Made by a program: the position numbers and the translations under genes. The notes beneath the pieces were generated by a model. The model worked only from the letters and a program-made list of their open reading frames with translations, had not been told where the DNA came from and ran no database searches. From the NCBI GenBank assembly GCA_965196605.1, contig CBDAKK010000008.1, positions 608,291 through 672,290 on the forward strand: DNA of 64,000 nucleotides. The letters are read 5' to 3'. Positions 10,636 through 22,000 of this stretch are shown in pieces. The stretch is from Spirochaetia bacterium. Its GTDB lineage: Bacteria; Spirochaetota; Spirochaetia; WTKD01; G963693115. Positions within the stretch are counted from its first letter, which is position 1; the number at the start of each line of letters is the position of its first letter.

Positions 10636-11546
10636 ATGAGACTTGTGAAAGCCCCTAAAATTTCCATCATCATTCCCGTGTATAATATACAAGATTACGT
10701 AGAGGGCGCCTTGCAAAGCGCCTGCTCTCAAACGCTTTCGGACATAGAAATCATCGTGATAGATGATGCCTCAACTGACAATTCCGCTGCCGTTGTAGAG
10801 CGTTATGCAGAAGAAGACCCGCGCATTGTTTTTCTACGTCATGAGAAAAACAAGAGTTTAGGGGCTACTCGCAACATGGGAATACGCGCAGCAAAAGCGC
10901 GGTATATTATGTTTTTTGATGGGGATGATACCATAAAGGAGAGGGACTATTTTCACAATTTATAAATTTCAAAGAATGGGGTAGTGCGTGCAATAAAATG
11001 TTTAGCCATAGTTTGTTTATAAAAAATAAAGCGTATTTTCCTGAAGGTATTACAAGTGAAGGTATGCCTTTCTTAATTTTTGTGGCTTTACGTTTAAAGA
11101 AGATGATATATATTCCTAACGTATTTTACAATTATTATATTAGAGAAAATTCTATTACGAATAGAGGTATAAAAGTAAAAAGAATAGATGATGTCTTTAC
11201 TTCTTATTCTTTGTGTATACAGTACTTGCGAGAGAAAAATGTAATGAAGCAGCATGGTTGGACTATTGATAAAATAAATGGCGAATGGATTGCAAATTTT
11301 AAATCTATGCTTATTTCAGATGTCTATGAAAATAGAGAGATGCTTTTACAGCATATCAACAAAAAAATGCAAGATGCAGATGAACGCGTTCTATTATTTG
11401 AACAAGCACGACAATATTTTGAGGAGCAAAAAGAGGCCATATTACGTAGTCCCACATTTCGGCTTGGAAAATTTTTCATGTTTCCTTTGCGTTTTCTAAA
11501 ACTCATGTTTCTTAAAATTGCTAAGTTGCGTAGGAAAGCACTGTGA
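10636..11546 (+). pseudogene. Decayed family-2 glycosyltransferase (frameshift plus internal deletion)
   Basis: ORF 10636..10965 has the GT2 N-terminus (ISIIIPVYN, DDASTDNS, FFDGDD) and stops about 10 codons after DxD. ORF 10998..11546 in another frame resumes at the ...NKMF...FPEG region. About 45 residues normally found between these motifs are missing. Confidence 0.6.
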
Positions 11547-12640
11547 GCATATCTGCTACTATGCCCAAAGTAAGCATCATTACCCCCGTGTACCAACTCA
11601 TAGAGGGTGGTCGCGAAGCCTACTTTAGGCAACTTGTAGAGTCAGTACGCACTCAGAGCTATGGTGTGGATAACATCGAGCATGTAATTATAGACGGTGC
11701 AAGTACAGACGGCACGGTGGAACTCATTAAGGAATATGCAGATAAGGGTTATTTTGCGCATTGGAGGAGCGAAAAAGATACGGGTATATATAACGCGATG
11801 AATAAGGGGGGCCATGCATCGAGTGGAAAATACCTCATGTTTATAAACAGCGATGACTACCTTCTTCCTCATGGGGTTAAAGAGAGTGTGGAGGCATTGG
11901 AAAGAGAGAAAGCAGACTACAGCATAGGCGATGTAGAGGTAGCCTTTACTCATGTACAAAAAAGGCAAGAAGAGTTTAGAACATGGCATACTAGTATGGA
12001 GAGAATATTGCTTTGTTATAATCCTTGTCATCAGGGGCTTATGATGCGCAAAGATGTCTTTATGGAATGTGGTATGTTTGATGAAGGCTATACCATAGCG
12101 GCTGATGTAGCGCAATTCTTTGAATTGCATATGAGAAGAAAAAAATATGTGCTTGTTCCTAAAAGCGTTGCTGTGATGAGAGACTGTGGAATATCGTGGT
12201 CGCAACGAGAACAAGGTATTAATCAATGTGTGGATATCGCTATGAAGTACTATGGCAATGTGCTTGGATTAACACGCGACGAAGTGCATTTTCTCATAGA
12301 CGATGGCACGGATAAGTGGTTTATGATGGGACGAAGAGAGGCGTTGTATTGCATAATTGACAAAGTTAAAACTAACTGTAGTTCATCAGAGCGTATAAAA
12401 CTTGCTCAAGAATTGTACTACGCTATTTTGAGCCTCACCTTCGATGATGCAAGCGGTAGGGATGAAAAAAAAATGTCACTTTGCCATGTTGTGGATTGTG
12501 TGTGGACGCGCTCAAAGCGCCTGCCCTTCAAGCGAAGGTGTGCTTTTTTGCTCGCTGCGCTTGCAAAAAAAATGAAACTTTACGCGCTTATAAAACCACT
12601 GCGAGATATTATTGTTGCGTATTATGAGAGAAAACCTTAG
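11543..12640 (+). CDS. Family-2 glycosyltransferase
   Basis: VSIITPVYQ, IIDGASTDGT, FINSDDY motifs. Alternative ATG start at 11561. Confidence 0.85.
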   Translation: MSISATMPKVSIITPVYQLIEGGREAYFRQLVESVRTQSYGVDNIEHVIIDGASTDGTVELIKEYADKGYFAHWRSEKDTGIYNAMNKGGHASSGKYLMFINSDDYLLPHGVKESVEALEREKADYSIGDVEVAFTHVQKRQEEFRTWHTSMERILLCYNPCHQGLMMRKDVFMECGMFDEGYTIAADVAQFFELHMRRKKYVLVPKSVAVMRDCGISWSQREQGINQCVDIAMKYYGNVLGLTRDEVHFLIDDGTDKWFMMGRREALYCIIDKVKTNCSSSERIKLAQELYYAILSLTFDDASGRDEKKMSLCHVVDCVWTRSKRLPFKRRCAFLLAALAKKMKLYALIKPLRDIIVAYYERKP

Positions 12641-15162
12641 TCGTTTTTGTTCTTTGTCATACCTTGTGCAAGGGCTTGCGCTACTGAATAAAGGCGCAAC
12701 TTCTGTAAAATTTTCCTCACAATAAACTTGCCCATTTTCATAATTTTTTCCTTTCGTGTGAGCTGTCCAAAAGCATACCACTTGTCTTTGGATATCTTAG
12801 CTACCATTTTGGTATAAGCTTCTATGGCATAGTGTGCAGTTTCAGGGTTGAACTGGGGAATGGATGTGTTAATTGAGTACGGTTTTACATAGGTTTTTTT
12901 TCGTTCTGCAATGACGCTCTTATAGAGTTTATTGTATTTTTGCGCCTGCATTTGGGGTGTGAAGTATTTTACTGCGCAGTCCCTGCATGCCTTGCTCATG
13001 GCATAGTACTTTTCAGGAGGGAGCTTAGCAATTTTCTCAATAACTTGCGCAAGTCTTGTGGTGTTACCCATGGGTACGGTGTACCCGGTAATGTCGTTTT
13101 TTACAAAATGCTCACAGCCACCTACACCAGTAAAGGCAACAAGCGGTGTGCCACAAGCCAAACTTTCCAGCATGACATTTGGAAGTGTTTCTTCTAAAGA
13201 AGGCACTATTACAATGTCTGCAGCATTATAAAATCGCTTCATCTCATGTGGCGCAACATGGCCAAAGTAGCTGTGTGAGATTGGAATATCGGTAATATTG
13301 GCAACATTACCGAGCACTATGAGGTGGAATGCATCTTTATTTTGTAAGATTCTAAGTGTCTCAATACATTCTTTGTAGCCCTTGATTGTGGAAATATAAT
13401 CGGCTGAATACATGAGTATTGTTTTGTCTTGCGGCAACTCTAGTTTTGCGCGTATGCTTTTTTTCTCTTCTTCAGAAACTGGGGTAAAAAACTCCGTGTC
13501 TATGCTGTTGTAAATAGTCTCTATCCTCGCATTTTTGAGCACGGGGCTTTTTTTATAGGTTTCTACTAAGTTGGGGTTTAACGCGACTATGGTCATGTTT
13601 TCAGTATTCCAGTATTTCTTTTTAAACTTCAATATTTTTGCGGGGAAGTCATCATAGGTGTTTTTCAATTGGGGGCAATCTTTACAATCTTTTTGCCATT
13701 TTTCGCAACCATGAAAACAATGACATCCACCGCTGAGTATGTTTTTATCATGAGCTGTCAACACAAGAGGAAGATCCGTATGCGACAAAAATGCTATGCT
13801 TTCCACTGACAGCATAGCATTTGTCCAATGAAGATTTATTACATCAAAGGAGCGCAGAAATGCTACTTCGTCAAAATTCAAACTAGGATAGTTACCTCCA
13901 AACATAGTATTTCCCTTATATTGGTTGCCTCTCATGTTTCCAAATTCAATGTACAAATCGTCAGGATACTTTCCTGCGACGTTGTATGTGTAGGGAAGAT
14001 TCATGGCAATGTGGGAATAGGCTTTTTTAAGAAATAAATAACTGCTAATGTTCGAAGTGTTTTTTTGTTTTTCATTCCACAATGATTGATGAAGACGCTG
14101 TGTTGCAATAAACGCGCCACCTACATTTGTACTTTGCAAATGAGCAACTTTATGAGTACTAGGATTTCTTGTTGATGGAAGGTCTGGGACAACATTGCTA
14201 GCGTGAAGCGGCGTAATACCTTGTTGCGATACGAGATGCCTATGCATCTCATCGTCGCTTATGTTTTTAATTTGTGGGTAAAAATATTCGGGAATGTTGC
14301 CGTACGCTTTTGTAAACTCCAATGCAATGTCTTGGTTAACTTCTACGGTTTTGGGGTAGCTAATGTGTTCCAATGCTTTGCTTACGTTATGTACGGAGGC
14401 GGGGGGGCTTGTACTAATGTGTGTACCGGGTTCGTCATCGAGGTGGCTAGTGTACGAATAACGCGGGGCTAAGCATATTCCATTGTGTTTGGATATGCTG
14501 TAGGAAAACTGTATGTCCCATGCATCTATTTCATCATTGAGCTTGCTCTCCAGCATGGGGGAGAGATCATTTCCACCCTTGTTAAAAGACAATCTCGTAT
14601 TAGGGTCTTGTATTTCCTTAGCAAGTGTTTTTTCATCCCACAGCACCTTGTTCCATCGATCCTTCCACGTAGCCCAACCATGGGATGCATTTCTATATGT
14701 AAAGTAGCTGTCCTCTTTATAGCTTGTAGAAAGTTGTTCTGCCTTTAAGTATGCCATAGCATTAATGCAAAATACATTCTCGGTATTTTGATATTTCTTT
14801 AGGGCATTGTTGCAGTACAACAGTGTATAAGGCGATGAGAGAATGTCGTCTTCAAATACAATTACTTTACCGTATGTGTTTACTACTTCCGTAATTCCGT
14901 CTTTTACTGAATGCATGGAGCCTTTGTTTATGGGGCTTTCTTGTATGTGTATGGATTTAAATCCTTCTATGGTTTTGAGAAACGCGCGCACTTTTGCTAC
15001 TGCTTTCTCCGCTCCGGGCTTTGGCCCATCGGAGTATATAAACAAATCACTTTCTGGAGAAAGCGTATTTTTTTGCAAGGCCGCAATGGTTTTTTGCAGT
15101 ACCAAGGGGCGGTTGTAACAAAAGAGCACTATAGGTGCTAAGTTTTTTTTGTCTTGAGGCAT
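12637..15162 (-). CDS. Large bifunctional glycosyltransferase (N-terminal GT-A-like domain + C-terminal GT4/GT-B domain)
   Basis: N-terminus IVLFCYNRP...VFEDD (GT-A like). C-terminus EETLPNVMLESLACGTPLVAF (GT4 E-x7-E region). 841 aa. Confidence 0.8.
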   Translation of the reverse strand: MPQDKKNLAPIVLFCYNRPLVLQKTIAALQKNTLSPESDLFIYSDGPKPGAEKAVAKVRAFLKTIEGFKSIHIQESPINKGSMHSVKDGITEVVNTYGKVIVFEDDILSSPYTLLYCNNALKKYQNTENVFCINAMAYLKAEQLSTSYKEDSYFTYRNASHGWATWKDRWNKVLWDEKTLAKEIQDPNTRLSFNKGGNDLSPMLESKLNDEIDAWDIQFSYSISKHNGICLAPRYSYTSHLDDEPGTHISTSPPASVHNVSKALEHISYPKTVEVNQDIALEFTKAYGNIPEYFYPQIKNISDDEMHRHLVSQQGITPLHASNVVPDLPSTRNPSTHKVAHLQSTNVGGAFIATQRLHQSLWNEKQKNTSNISSYLFLKKAYSHIAMNLPYTYNVAGKYPDDLYIEFGNMRGNQYKGNTMFGGNYPSLNFDEVAFLRSFDVINLHWTNAMLSVESIAFLSHTDLPLVLTAHDKNILSGGCHCFHGCEKWQKDCKDCPQLKNTYDDFPAKILKFKKKYWNTENMTIVALNPNLVETYKKSPVLKNARIETIYNSIDTEFFTPVSEEEKKSIRAKLELPQDKTILMYSADYISTIKGYKECIETLRILQNKDAFHLIVLGNVANITDIPISHSYFGHVAPHEMKRFYNAADIVIVPSLEETLPNVMLESLACGTPLVAFTGVGGCEHFVKNDITGYTVPMGNTTRLAQVIEKIAKLPPEKYYAMSKACRDCAVKYFTPQMQAQKYNKLYKSVIAERKKTYVKPYSINTSIPQFNPETAHYAIEAYTKMVAKISKDKWYAFGQLTRKEKIMKMGKFIVRKILQKLRLYSVAQALAQGMTKNKND

Positions 15163-15186
15163 GAAAAAATTATATAAGATTTTTTA

Positions 15187-17091
15187 CTATATCTTGAGTA
15201 TCTTTCTCAAGCTTGCTTTTGCTTTTTGCAGTATTTTTTTGCCTCCAAATCTTAAGAGAAACTTTATTTTTTCTTTTTTGGGAAGCTGTCCGAATTTGTA
15301 CCAGCGGTTTTTGGAAAGTTCTTGTATTTTGTTATGTATCCCCTCCGTAATAGCATGAATACCGTATTCACCATACTGCTTTAAGTATTCTTTTAAAAAC
15401 AGTTTGTGTTCTGGTTGTGAAATATATTGCATAGATCTTTTAAATTCAAAATTCGCAATGCCTTGAATATGATTTGTACATGCTTTTTCAATACTCAAAT
15501 CGTTTTTAGTATATGCTTGCATGTGTGATATGATGCGTTTTCGTAATATAGAAAGATGTGATAGTCGCTTTATTGATGATTGAGCATTTGTTATGTTGTC
15601 TATGCTACCTCTAAAATAAAAGCAGTATGATTTTGGCATTACAAGCATTTTTTTTGCGTGATATAACAGTAATGGAGTAATTGCAACATAATCTCTAAAT
15701 GCATGCTTGGAAAAATACACTTTGTTATCGATCAATAAACTTCGGTGCCAAAGCTTATTCCATGGCATACTGAATATGTAAGGCATTTTTTGATAACAAA
15801 AATGGTAAAAGGAATCTTCTATCACAGTATCTTCTACTATGGGTAGGCTGTATTGTGATGCTAAGCCTCCTTGTCCTGATGCATCCATAATCCCGCACTC
15901 CACGACCTTCACCTTATGCTGTTTTGCTTTTTCCAACATTGTTTTTGCCATGTCCTTATGTATCCAGTCATCGCTGTCTACAAACAAGAGCCAGTCGGAT
16001 TTTGCGTGGCGTATACCCGTGTTTCGTGCCCCCCCTAGTCCGAGTTTTTTTTTGTGCTTTATGTACACAATGCGTGGGTCTCGCTGTTGGTACTCCAGTA
16101 CTATTTTTTCTGAATTGTCCGGTGAGCAGTCGTTTACCACGATGATTTCTATGTCCTCTAAGGACTGGTTGCACACGGACTCAAGGCAGCGCGCGAGGTA
16201 GGCTTGCACATTGTATACGGGAATTATTATGGAGGCCTGTGATGTTTTAGGCTTTGTCTGCACAAAGTTATGCGGTAGTGGTTTCCAGCGTGGTGGGGAA
16301 GGCTGCCGCGTTTTTGCGTTGTGCCGAAAATTAAAAAAATACGGCGTAATGACTTGTGAGTTTTTTGTGCTGCCAAACCACGCGGCAAGCCAACTAAAGC
16401 TAGAGTTGGCAATGATGAAGTGGTCGCAAAAACGCATGAGGTTGAAATCAGCTATGGTGCTTTTTGCACTCTCAGTACTTTGCACATACTCATGGGGCAT
16501 GTCGAGACTAAGGTTTTTTTCAGCCCAGGCTATGTCGTCGCTAAAAATAAGCACGTATGGGTTTTTTACTTTTTTGCGCATTTCTTCTAAGGCTTGTTTA
16601 TAATACGCGATGCTACAATTCCCATGTACGCCGCTTATTCTTTGATTTGTTACATAATCACCACGGCGTATGTGCAGAGCTATGAGCGCATGGGTTTGTT
16701 TTAAAGTGCGGAATTGTTTCGCAATTTTGAGTGGAAGTAATGCGTCTTTAAGCTGCGTTTCTATAGGTGCTAAGTACTTATGATGTTGGAAATATCCATC
16801 AAATAAAGTGTTATTTTCTGCACCTTGTAGCTTCTTATTAAAGGTAAACAGTTGTAGTTCTTGGAAGGTGAAGAATTCTCTTATTCTTTTCCGCCATAGT
16901 GGTGATGAAACATCCACGGTGGATACTTTGCTTTTAAGCACCTTAGGGAGCAAAAAATGCCTAAACGACTGGTGTTTGACACACGATACATCGTAGACTA
17001 CTTTCTTTCCACATGTTTTTGTAAGGTACTGCCCAAAGGCATATTGCCATAGTTGATTTCCTAATCTACCTTGTAATTTTACTATGAACAT
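15187..17091 (-). CDS. Fused alpha-1,2-fucosyltransferase (GT11)-like domain + family-2 glycosyltransferase domain
   Basis: N-terminal half has GRLGNQLWQYAF, HIRRGDY, SFSWLAAW (GT11 motifs). C-terminal half has ASIIIPVYN, VNDCSPDNS, FVDSDDW (GT2). Confidence 0.85.
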   Translation of the reverse strand: MFIVKLQGRLGNQLWQYAFGQYLTKTCGKKVVYDVSCVKHQSFRHFLLPKVLKSKVSTVDVSSPLWRKRIREFFTFQELQLFTFNKKLQGAENNTLFDGYFQHHKYLAPIETQLKDALLPLKIAKQFRTLKQTHALIALHIRRGDYVTNQRISGVHGNCSIAYYKQALEEMRKKVKNPYVLIFSDDIAWAEKNLSLDMPHEYVQSTESAKSTIADFNLMRFCDHFIIANSSFSWLAAWFGSTKNSQVITPYFFNFRHNAKTRQPSPPRWKPLPHNFVQTKPKTSQASIIIPVYNVQAYLARCLESVCNQSLEDIEIIVVNDCSPDNSEKIVLEYQQRDPRIVYIKHKKKLGLGGARNTGIRHAKSDWLLFVDSDDWIHKDMAKTMLEKAKQHKVKVVECGIMDASGQGGLASQYSLPIVEDTVIEDSFYHFCYQKMPYIFSMPWNKLWHRSLLIDNKVYFSKHAFRDYVAITPLLLYHAKKMLVMPKSYCFYFRGSIDNITNAQSSIKRLSHLSILRKRIISHMQAYTKNDLSIEKACTNHIQGIANFEFKRSMQYISQPEHKLFLKEYLKQYGEYGIHAITEGIHNKIQELSKNRWYKFGQLPKKEKIKFLLRFGGKKILQKAKASLRKILKI

Positions 17092-17124
17092 GTGTTTATA
17101 ATGCTAGCACGTATAAGACCATGC

Positions 17125-18876
17125 TTATGGCAGCGTAGTTTTGCTTTTTACGCGCAGGTGTTTTGCAAAGCCTTTGTATGCCAATAAAATAAGTCCGGTA
17201 GAGGCAAGCATGGTGAAGAGTAGCTGCATGCTTGTAAGATGCGAGAGCAACAAGAATTCTAGCATAAGCACAATGACGAGTAGGGAGAGTAGGTATATGC
17301 CCGATACGCTCTTACGTAGCTCCATTGTAGGGAGTGCGGGTTCTGTTATTGGAGTTTGCAGCCTTCTGTAGAATTCCGCGACCTCGTTTTTCCGATCCTC
17401 AGCGTAAGCTTTAAAAAATAATTGGCTTGCTATAAAAAAGCCGCCTGTTATGAACACCTGCGCGAGAAGTCCGCCAAAGGTTATAAGGGTTCTTATATCG
17501 CGGCTACTCAGTTCTTCAGTACTTAAGGCATTGCCAAGGTACGCAATGACGCTGCCTATGGACTCACCGGCGTATGTAAAAAAGAAGGAAATAGTAAACC
17601 CAAGTACTATGGTTACGGGCAAACTCCAATCGGGTGTGCGTTTCACCCATATCATGAGCAGCATGGGAATGGCGATGGGTAAGTAGACGTAGGTTATGAG
17701 TTTGTATGTGAGGTCAAAAAGCGAGGTGTTTTTCAAGGTTTCGTAGTACAGCGCCAAGAGTATGACTGCCATGCCGAAGAGCACCGTGTAGAGGCGCGCA
17801 AAGCGAATTTCCTTATTGCTTTGTTCTTCTGTTTGCTTATGAAAACTCTTTGTTATGAAGCCCGCACACCAGTTGAGGCTTGAGTCTAAAGAAGACATGG
17901 TGGCTGAAAACATGGCTGCTACTGCAAGGCCTAGCATGCCTGCCGGCATGAAGCTTTGTACAAATGCAAGGTAGGCCGCCATGGTAGGGCGGGTAAGCTG
18001 TGGGTACATTTCAGCTATGTTGGGAATGAAAACCGAAGAAGCCCACGCGGGCACAAACCAAATAAATGAGCCTGCAATGTAAATAAGCGCTGCGGTTACG
18101 GCAGCCTTGCGCGCTGCCCGAGAGCTAGTTACCGCGTTAAAACGCAAGGTGTTCATGACGCTATTAGTGCTTATGCTTTTTTGTAGACTCATGTAGGTAA
18201 CCCATATTCCAAAGACAACCAGTTGCATGTTGTTTGGTACAATGCTGGATGGAGGGATGGCCTCTAAAAGCCCTGAGACACCACCGAGTTTGCCAAAGGC
18301 AAGACCTGCTGCGCTTAAACCAAGGGTGAACATGATGATGCATTGAATAAAGTCAGACGATATAACGCTCCAGCTGCCACCCAAGGCACTCATAAGAAGC
18401 GTTACTATACCAATGATGATGATTGTCCATGCAGTGGATATGTTGAAGGCGGCGCTTACAAAGACAGCGAGGCTGTTCAGCCATATGCCCGGAAATATAA
18501 GGTAGCTTGGAATATTCAGTAGCGCAAGAATTCTCTCATTTTTTTTACCAAAGCGCATGCGCGCTGCCTCCACGGGATTAGCAACCTTTAATTGCCGCAA
18601 CTTGGGAGCAAAGTATAAGGCTGCAATTACAAACGCAAGAGCGCTTGCCCAGTAGGTTATAAAGACGCTATAGCCGTCTGTGTAGGCGCGTCCCGCAATA
18701 ATGGTAAAGCTATAGGCGGAAAACTGGCTTACAAATGCCGATGCTCCAACCCAAAGCCACGGGATTTTTCCGCTACCGTAGAAAAAGTCGTTTGCGGTTT
18801 TATTGTGGCGGCGAAAGTAAAATCCCAAAAACAAAAGCAATACAAAGTACAAAGAAATAACTATTATATTCGTCAT
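17125..18876 (-). CDS. Sodium:solute symporter (SSS) family transporter
   Basis: About 13 predicted TM segments. N-terminal NDFFYGSGKIPWLWVGAS typical of SSS. ATG at 18876 preceded by AGGAG. Confidence 0.8.
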   Translation of the reverse strand: MTNIIVISLYFVLLLFLGFYFRRHNKTANDFFYGSGKIPWLWVGASAFVSQFSAYSFTIIAGRAYTDGYSVFITYWASALAFVIAALYFAPKLRQLKVANPVEAARMRFGKKNERILALLNIPSYLIFPGIWLNSLAVFVSAAFNISTAWTIIIIGIVTLLMSALGGSWSVISSDFIQCIIMFTLGLSAAGLAFGKLGGVSGLLEAIPPSSIVPNNMQLVVFGIWVTYMSLQKSISTNSVMNTLRFNAVTSSRAARKAAVTAALIYIAGSFIWFVPAWASSVFIPNIAEMYPQLTRPTMAAYLAFVQSFMPAGMLGLAVAAMFSATMSSLDSSLNWCAGFITKSFHKQTEEQSNKEIRFARLYTVLFGMAVILLALYYETLKNTSLFDLTYKLITYVYLPIAIPMLLMIWVKRTPDWSLPVTIVLGFTISFFFTYAGESIGSVIAYLGNALSTEELSSRDIRTLITFGGLLAQVFITGGFFIASQLFFKAYAEDRKNEVAEFYRRLQTPITEPALPTMELRKSVSGIYLLSLLVIVLMLEFLLLSHLTSMQLLFTMLASTGLILLAYKGFAKHLRVKSKTTLP

Positions 18877-19055
18877 GTGGTGTCTCCTACCTGTCATTAT
18901 ATGATTTTGATGAAAGCTATGTGAATTTTAAGGTAATGTGTTTCATGCGCGAGTTTTTGAAGCCTCGTGCATGCCTTGCACATGGTTGCGCGGTAATTTT
19001 GAAGCATAACTTGATTAGATGTATTACGTATTCTATAATTTTAAGTGGGGAAGGG

Positions 19056-22000
19056 ATGATGATCTCCATTTTTGATATTATACTTTTTTTATGTTTTGTG
19101 ACGCTCTTTGTTCTGCACAGGGTGCATGTTACGCAGCGTAGAAACAGAGACAGCATAAGCGGCGTTGAAAAAATTGCGCATGAAATGCAAAGCACGGTTG
19201 AACAAAAACAACGTGCAATAGAGGCACTTGCAATTGAAGCAAATGCAGTGGAACGGAATGTGGCGGGCATTTTTAAGGAAATAGCCAGTACGGCCGAGCT
19301 AATGCAGAAGATGCACGGTGAAATGCGTGCAGAGAAACTGCGCATAGAACAGCTGAGCAAAAAGAACAAGCAATTTTTGGATGTAGTGCCTCAAGCGCGT
19401 AGCATGCAAGAGAACTTGCAAAGCATTATTGCGCACGCCGATGGCGTGAGTGCAGGCATGGCTTCAAAGATATCGCAGGCGCAAAGCGTACTAGAGCAAT
19501 GCGATGTTCGCGAAGTACACCTAAACGAAAAGCTTGGAAGGCTTGAAGACCAAATGCACAGCGTCATTGAGAGTGGAAAAGACACCATGCGAAGTCTTGT
19601 AGGAGACATTGCCTCGCAGGTAGACGCTACCATGGAGCGCACGGATTATAAGTTTAAAACCTATGAAGAACAATATATTGAGAAAATTCGTGTTACACTT
19701 GAGCAATGCCGCACTTCCTTTGAAGAAGAAACAGAGCATGCTTCGCAAAGCACGCTTACGCAGTTTCAGAAATACATTTCAGGCATAGAGGAGCATAAAA
19801 AAGAGTACAGTGCCTTTGTAGACTCACAAAAACTCACAATAGCTACGCTAAAAGCGGACACGCTGAGTGATTTGGAAGGGGCTATTTCACGCAAGCACGA
19901 CGAGCTTGCAAACGCGCTTTCTGCTTTTGAACAAACCCTTGAAGGCAGCATGAATACCATTAGAGACAAGTATGACCGAGAGATACTTGAGGTAAAGCAA
20001 AGTGTCTTGCCGATTAGCATCATGGTTGAAAAGCTTGAAAATGACACACAACGCACATGCACACAAATACAAGAACAGTATGCGAATCTGCGCGCATCCA
20101 CTGCACAAGAGTTGGAAGCTGTCTCTAGTCAACAAGCATTACTTACGGGCGAAGTTACAAAGACGGAAGAGGAGCTGCTTGCATTGCGTGAAAATATTTA
20201 CAACGCTTTTGAAAGCACCAGTGCAGAGCAACAGGAAATGTGGAATGAGAAGCTACAGAGCTACGAGGCGCAGCTGAAAGAAAGTATAACAAAGCACGAA
20301 GAACAAGCGGAGGTCTTGAACGCAGCGCATGAAGAGGTAGTGCGCAGCATGGAGCAGAAGTACAAGAATGCGCAAGAAGAGCTAGAAGCAGAACTGCATA
20401 AAGCACAAGAGGGCATTGTGGCTTTGCGTGAGCGTGCGCAGCAAGTATTGGAAAGTACCAGTGAAGAACAACAAGCGGTGTGGAATGAGAAGCTGCAGAG
20501 CTATGAGGCGCAGTTAGAAGAAAACATAACAAAGCATGAAGAACAAGCGGAGTCCTTGAACGCGGCGCATGAAGAGATAGTGCGCAGCATGGAGCAGAAG
20601 TACAAAAATGCACAAGAAGAGCTAGAAGCAGAACTTTATAAAGCACAAGAGGACATTGTGGCTTTGCGTGAGAGTGCACAGCAGGCATTGCAAAGCACCA
20701 GTGAAGAACAACAAGCGGTGTGGAATGAGAAGTTGCAGAGCTATGAGGCGCAGCTGGAGGAAAGTATAACCAAGCACGAAGAACAAGCGGAGGCCTTGAA
20801 GGCAGTGCATGAAAAAACTTTGCGTGATGTTTCGCATGCTTGTGAGGAAGAGAAGCGTGTCACGCTTGAAACTATGCGCACCACTATTACGCAAGGTGTG
20901 GATAATTCTGTAGAAGATGTAAGTTCTTTTGCCACAGAGTATTTTAATGCGAAAAAAGATGAGCTTGAGAAGACCATGCAGCAGCTACAGGAAGAACATA
21001 AGGAAAGCATACATAAGGTGTTGCACCAGTACAAAACCCTATGTGATGATGTGCAAATGCAGTATGAACAACGCGATGAATACATTGAACAGAAACATAC
21101 GCAATGTCTACAAAAGATGGATGAACTTGAAAGTGCGCTGCAAACGCGCTTAGAAAGTCACGCAAAAATAATAGAGGAACGCGCGGATGCTGATGTGCTG
21201 CGCGTGGTAGAACATGTGAATACGTCCTTGGATACGGTGAAAAAATCTGTGGACAGCACGCAGGATACTATGCAACAAAAGCTGAGCTCCATGCAAGAAC
21301 ACTTTGATTCTTCTGAAGAAGCCATAGAACATAAGCTACAAAGCATACAACGCCTTGTTCAAGTATTGCAAGAGAAACACAAAAAACAAGTTGCGCTCAT
21401 AGATGAAGATAACGAGTCTATCAAACTACTAGAAAAACTCCACCTTGACATTGAGAAGGATTTTGCAAAGACTGAAAGCGCAATAGTCGGACTCAAAACA
21501 AAGTATGCTGCAAGTGAAAAACTGGAAAAGAAACTGAGCAGCATTACAAAACAAGTTGATGCGTTACACGAAGTGCTTGCATCGGTAAAAAGTAAAGACC
21601 TAGAGTTGCGCCGCATCATCAAAGACCATGAGAAAATGAGCAAGCAGGTTGATAAAATTGATGTGCGTTCTGGCAAGATACACGATACTATTGAACTCCT
21701 GCAAAGCAAGGAAGAAAAAGTGCGTCGCATAAAAGAAAGCCTTACTGAAATACAAATAACGCAGAAGGATATAGAGAAACACAAGAGAGATCTTGAGAAC
21801 GATAAGGCGCAGTATCAAATAGTGTTGGATTCCATGAATGCCCTTGAGCGCTCCATAGGAACGCTTGAAAAAAAGTCTAACCTACTACAAAACAACATGA
21901 ACAATTGGGAAGGGCAAATACATGAAACGGGACAAGCGCTTGAGGCTATTACGCAGCACAAAGAGGAGGTGCAAAACATTGCCGCGCGCGTAGACGCGAC

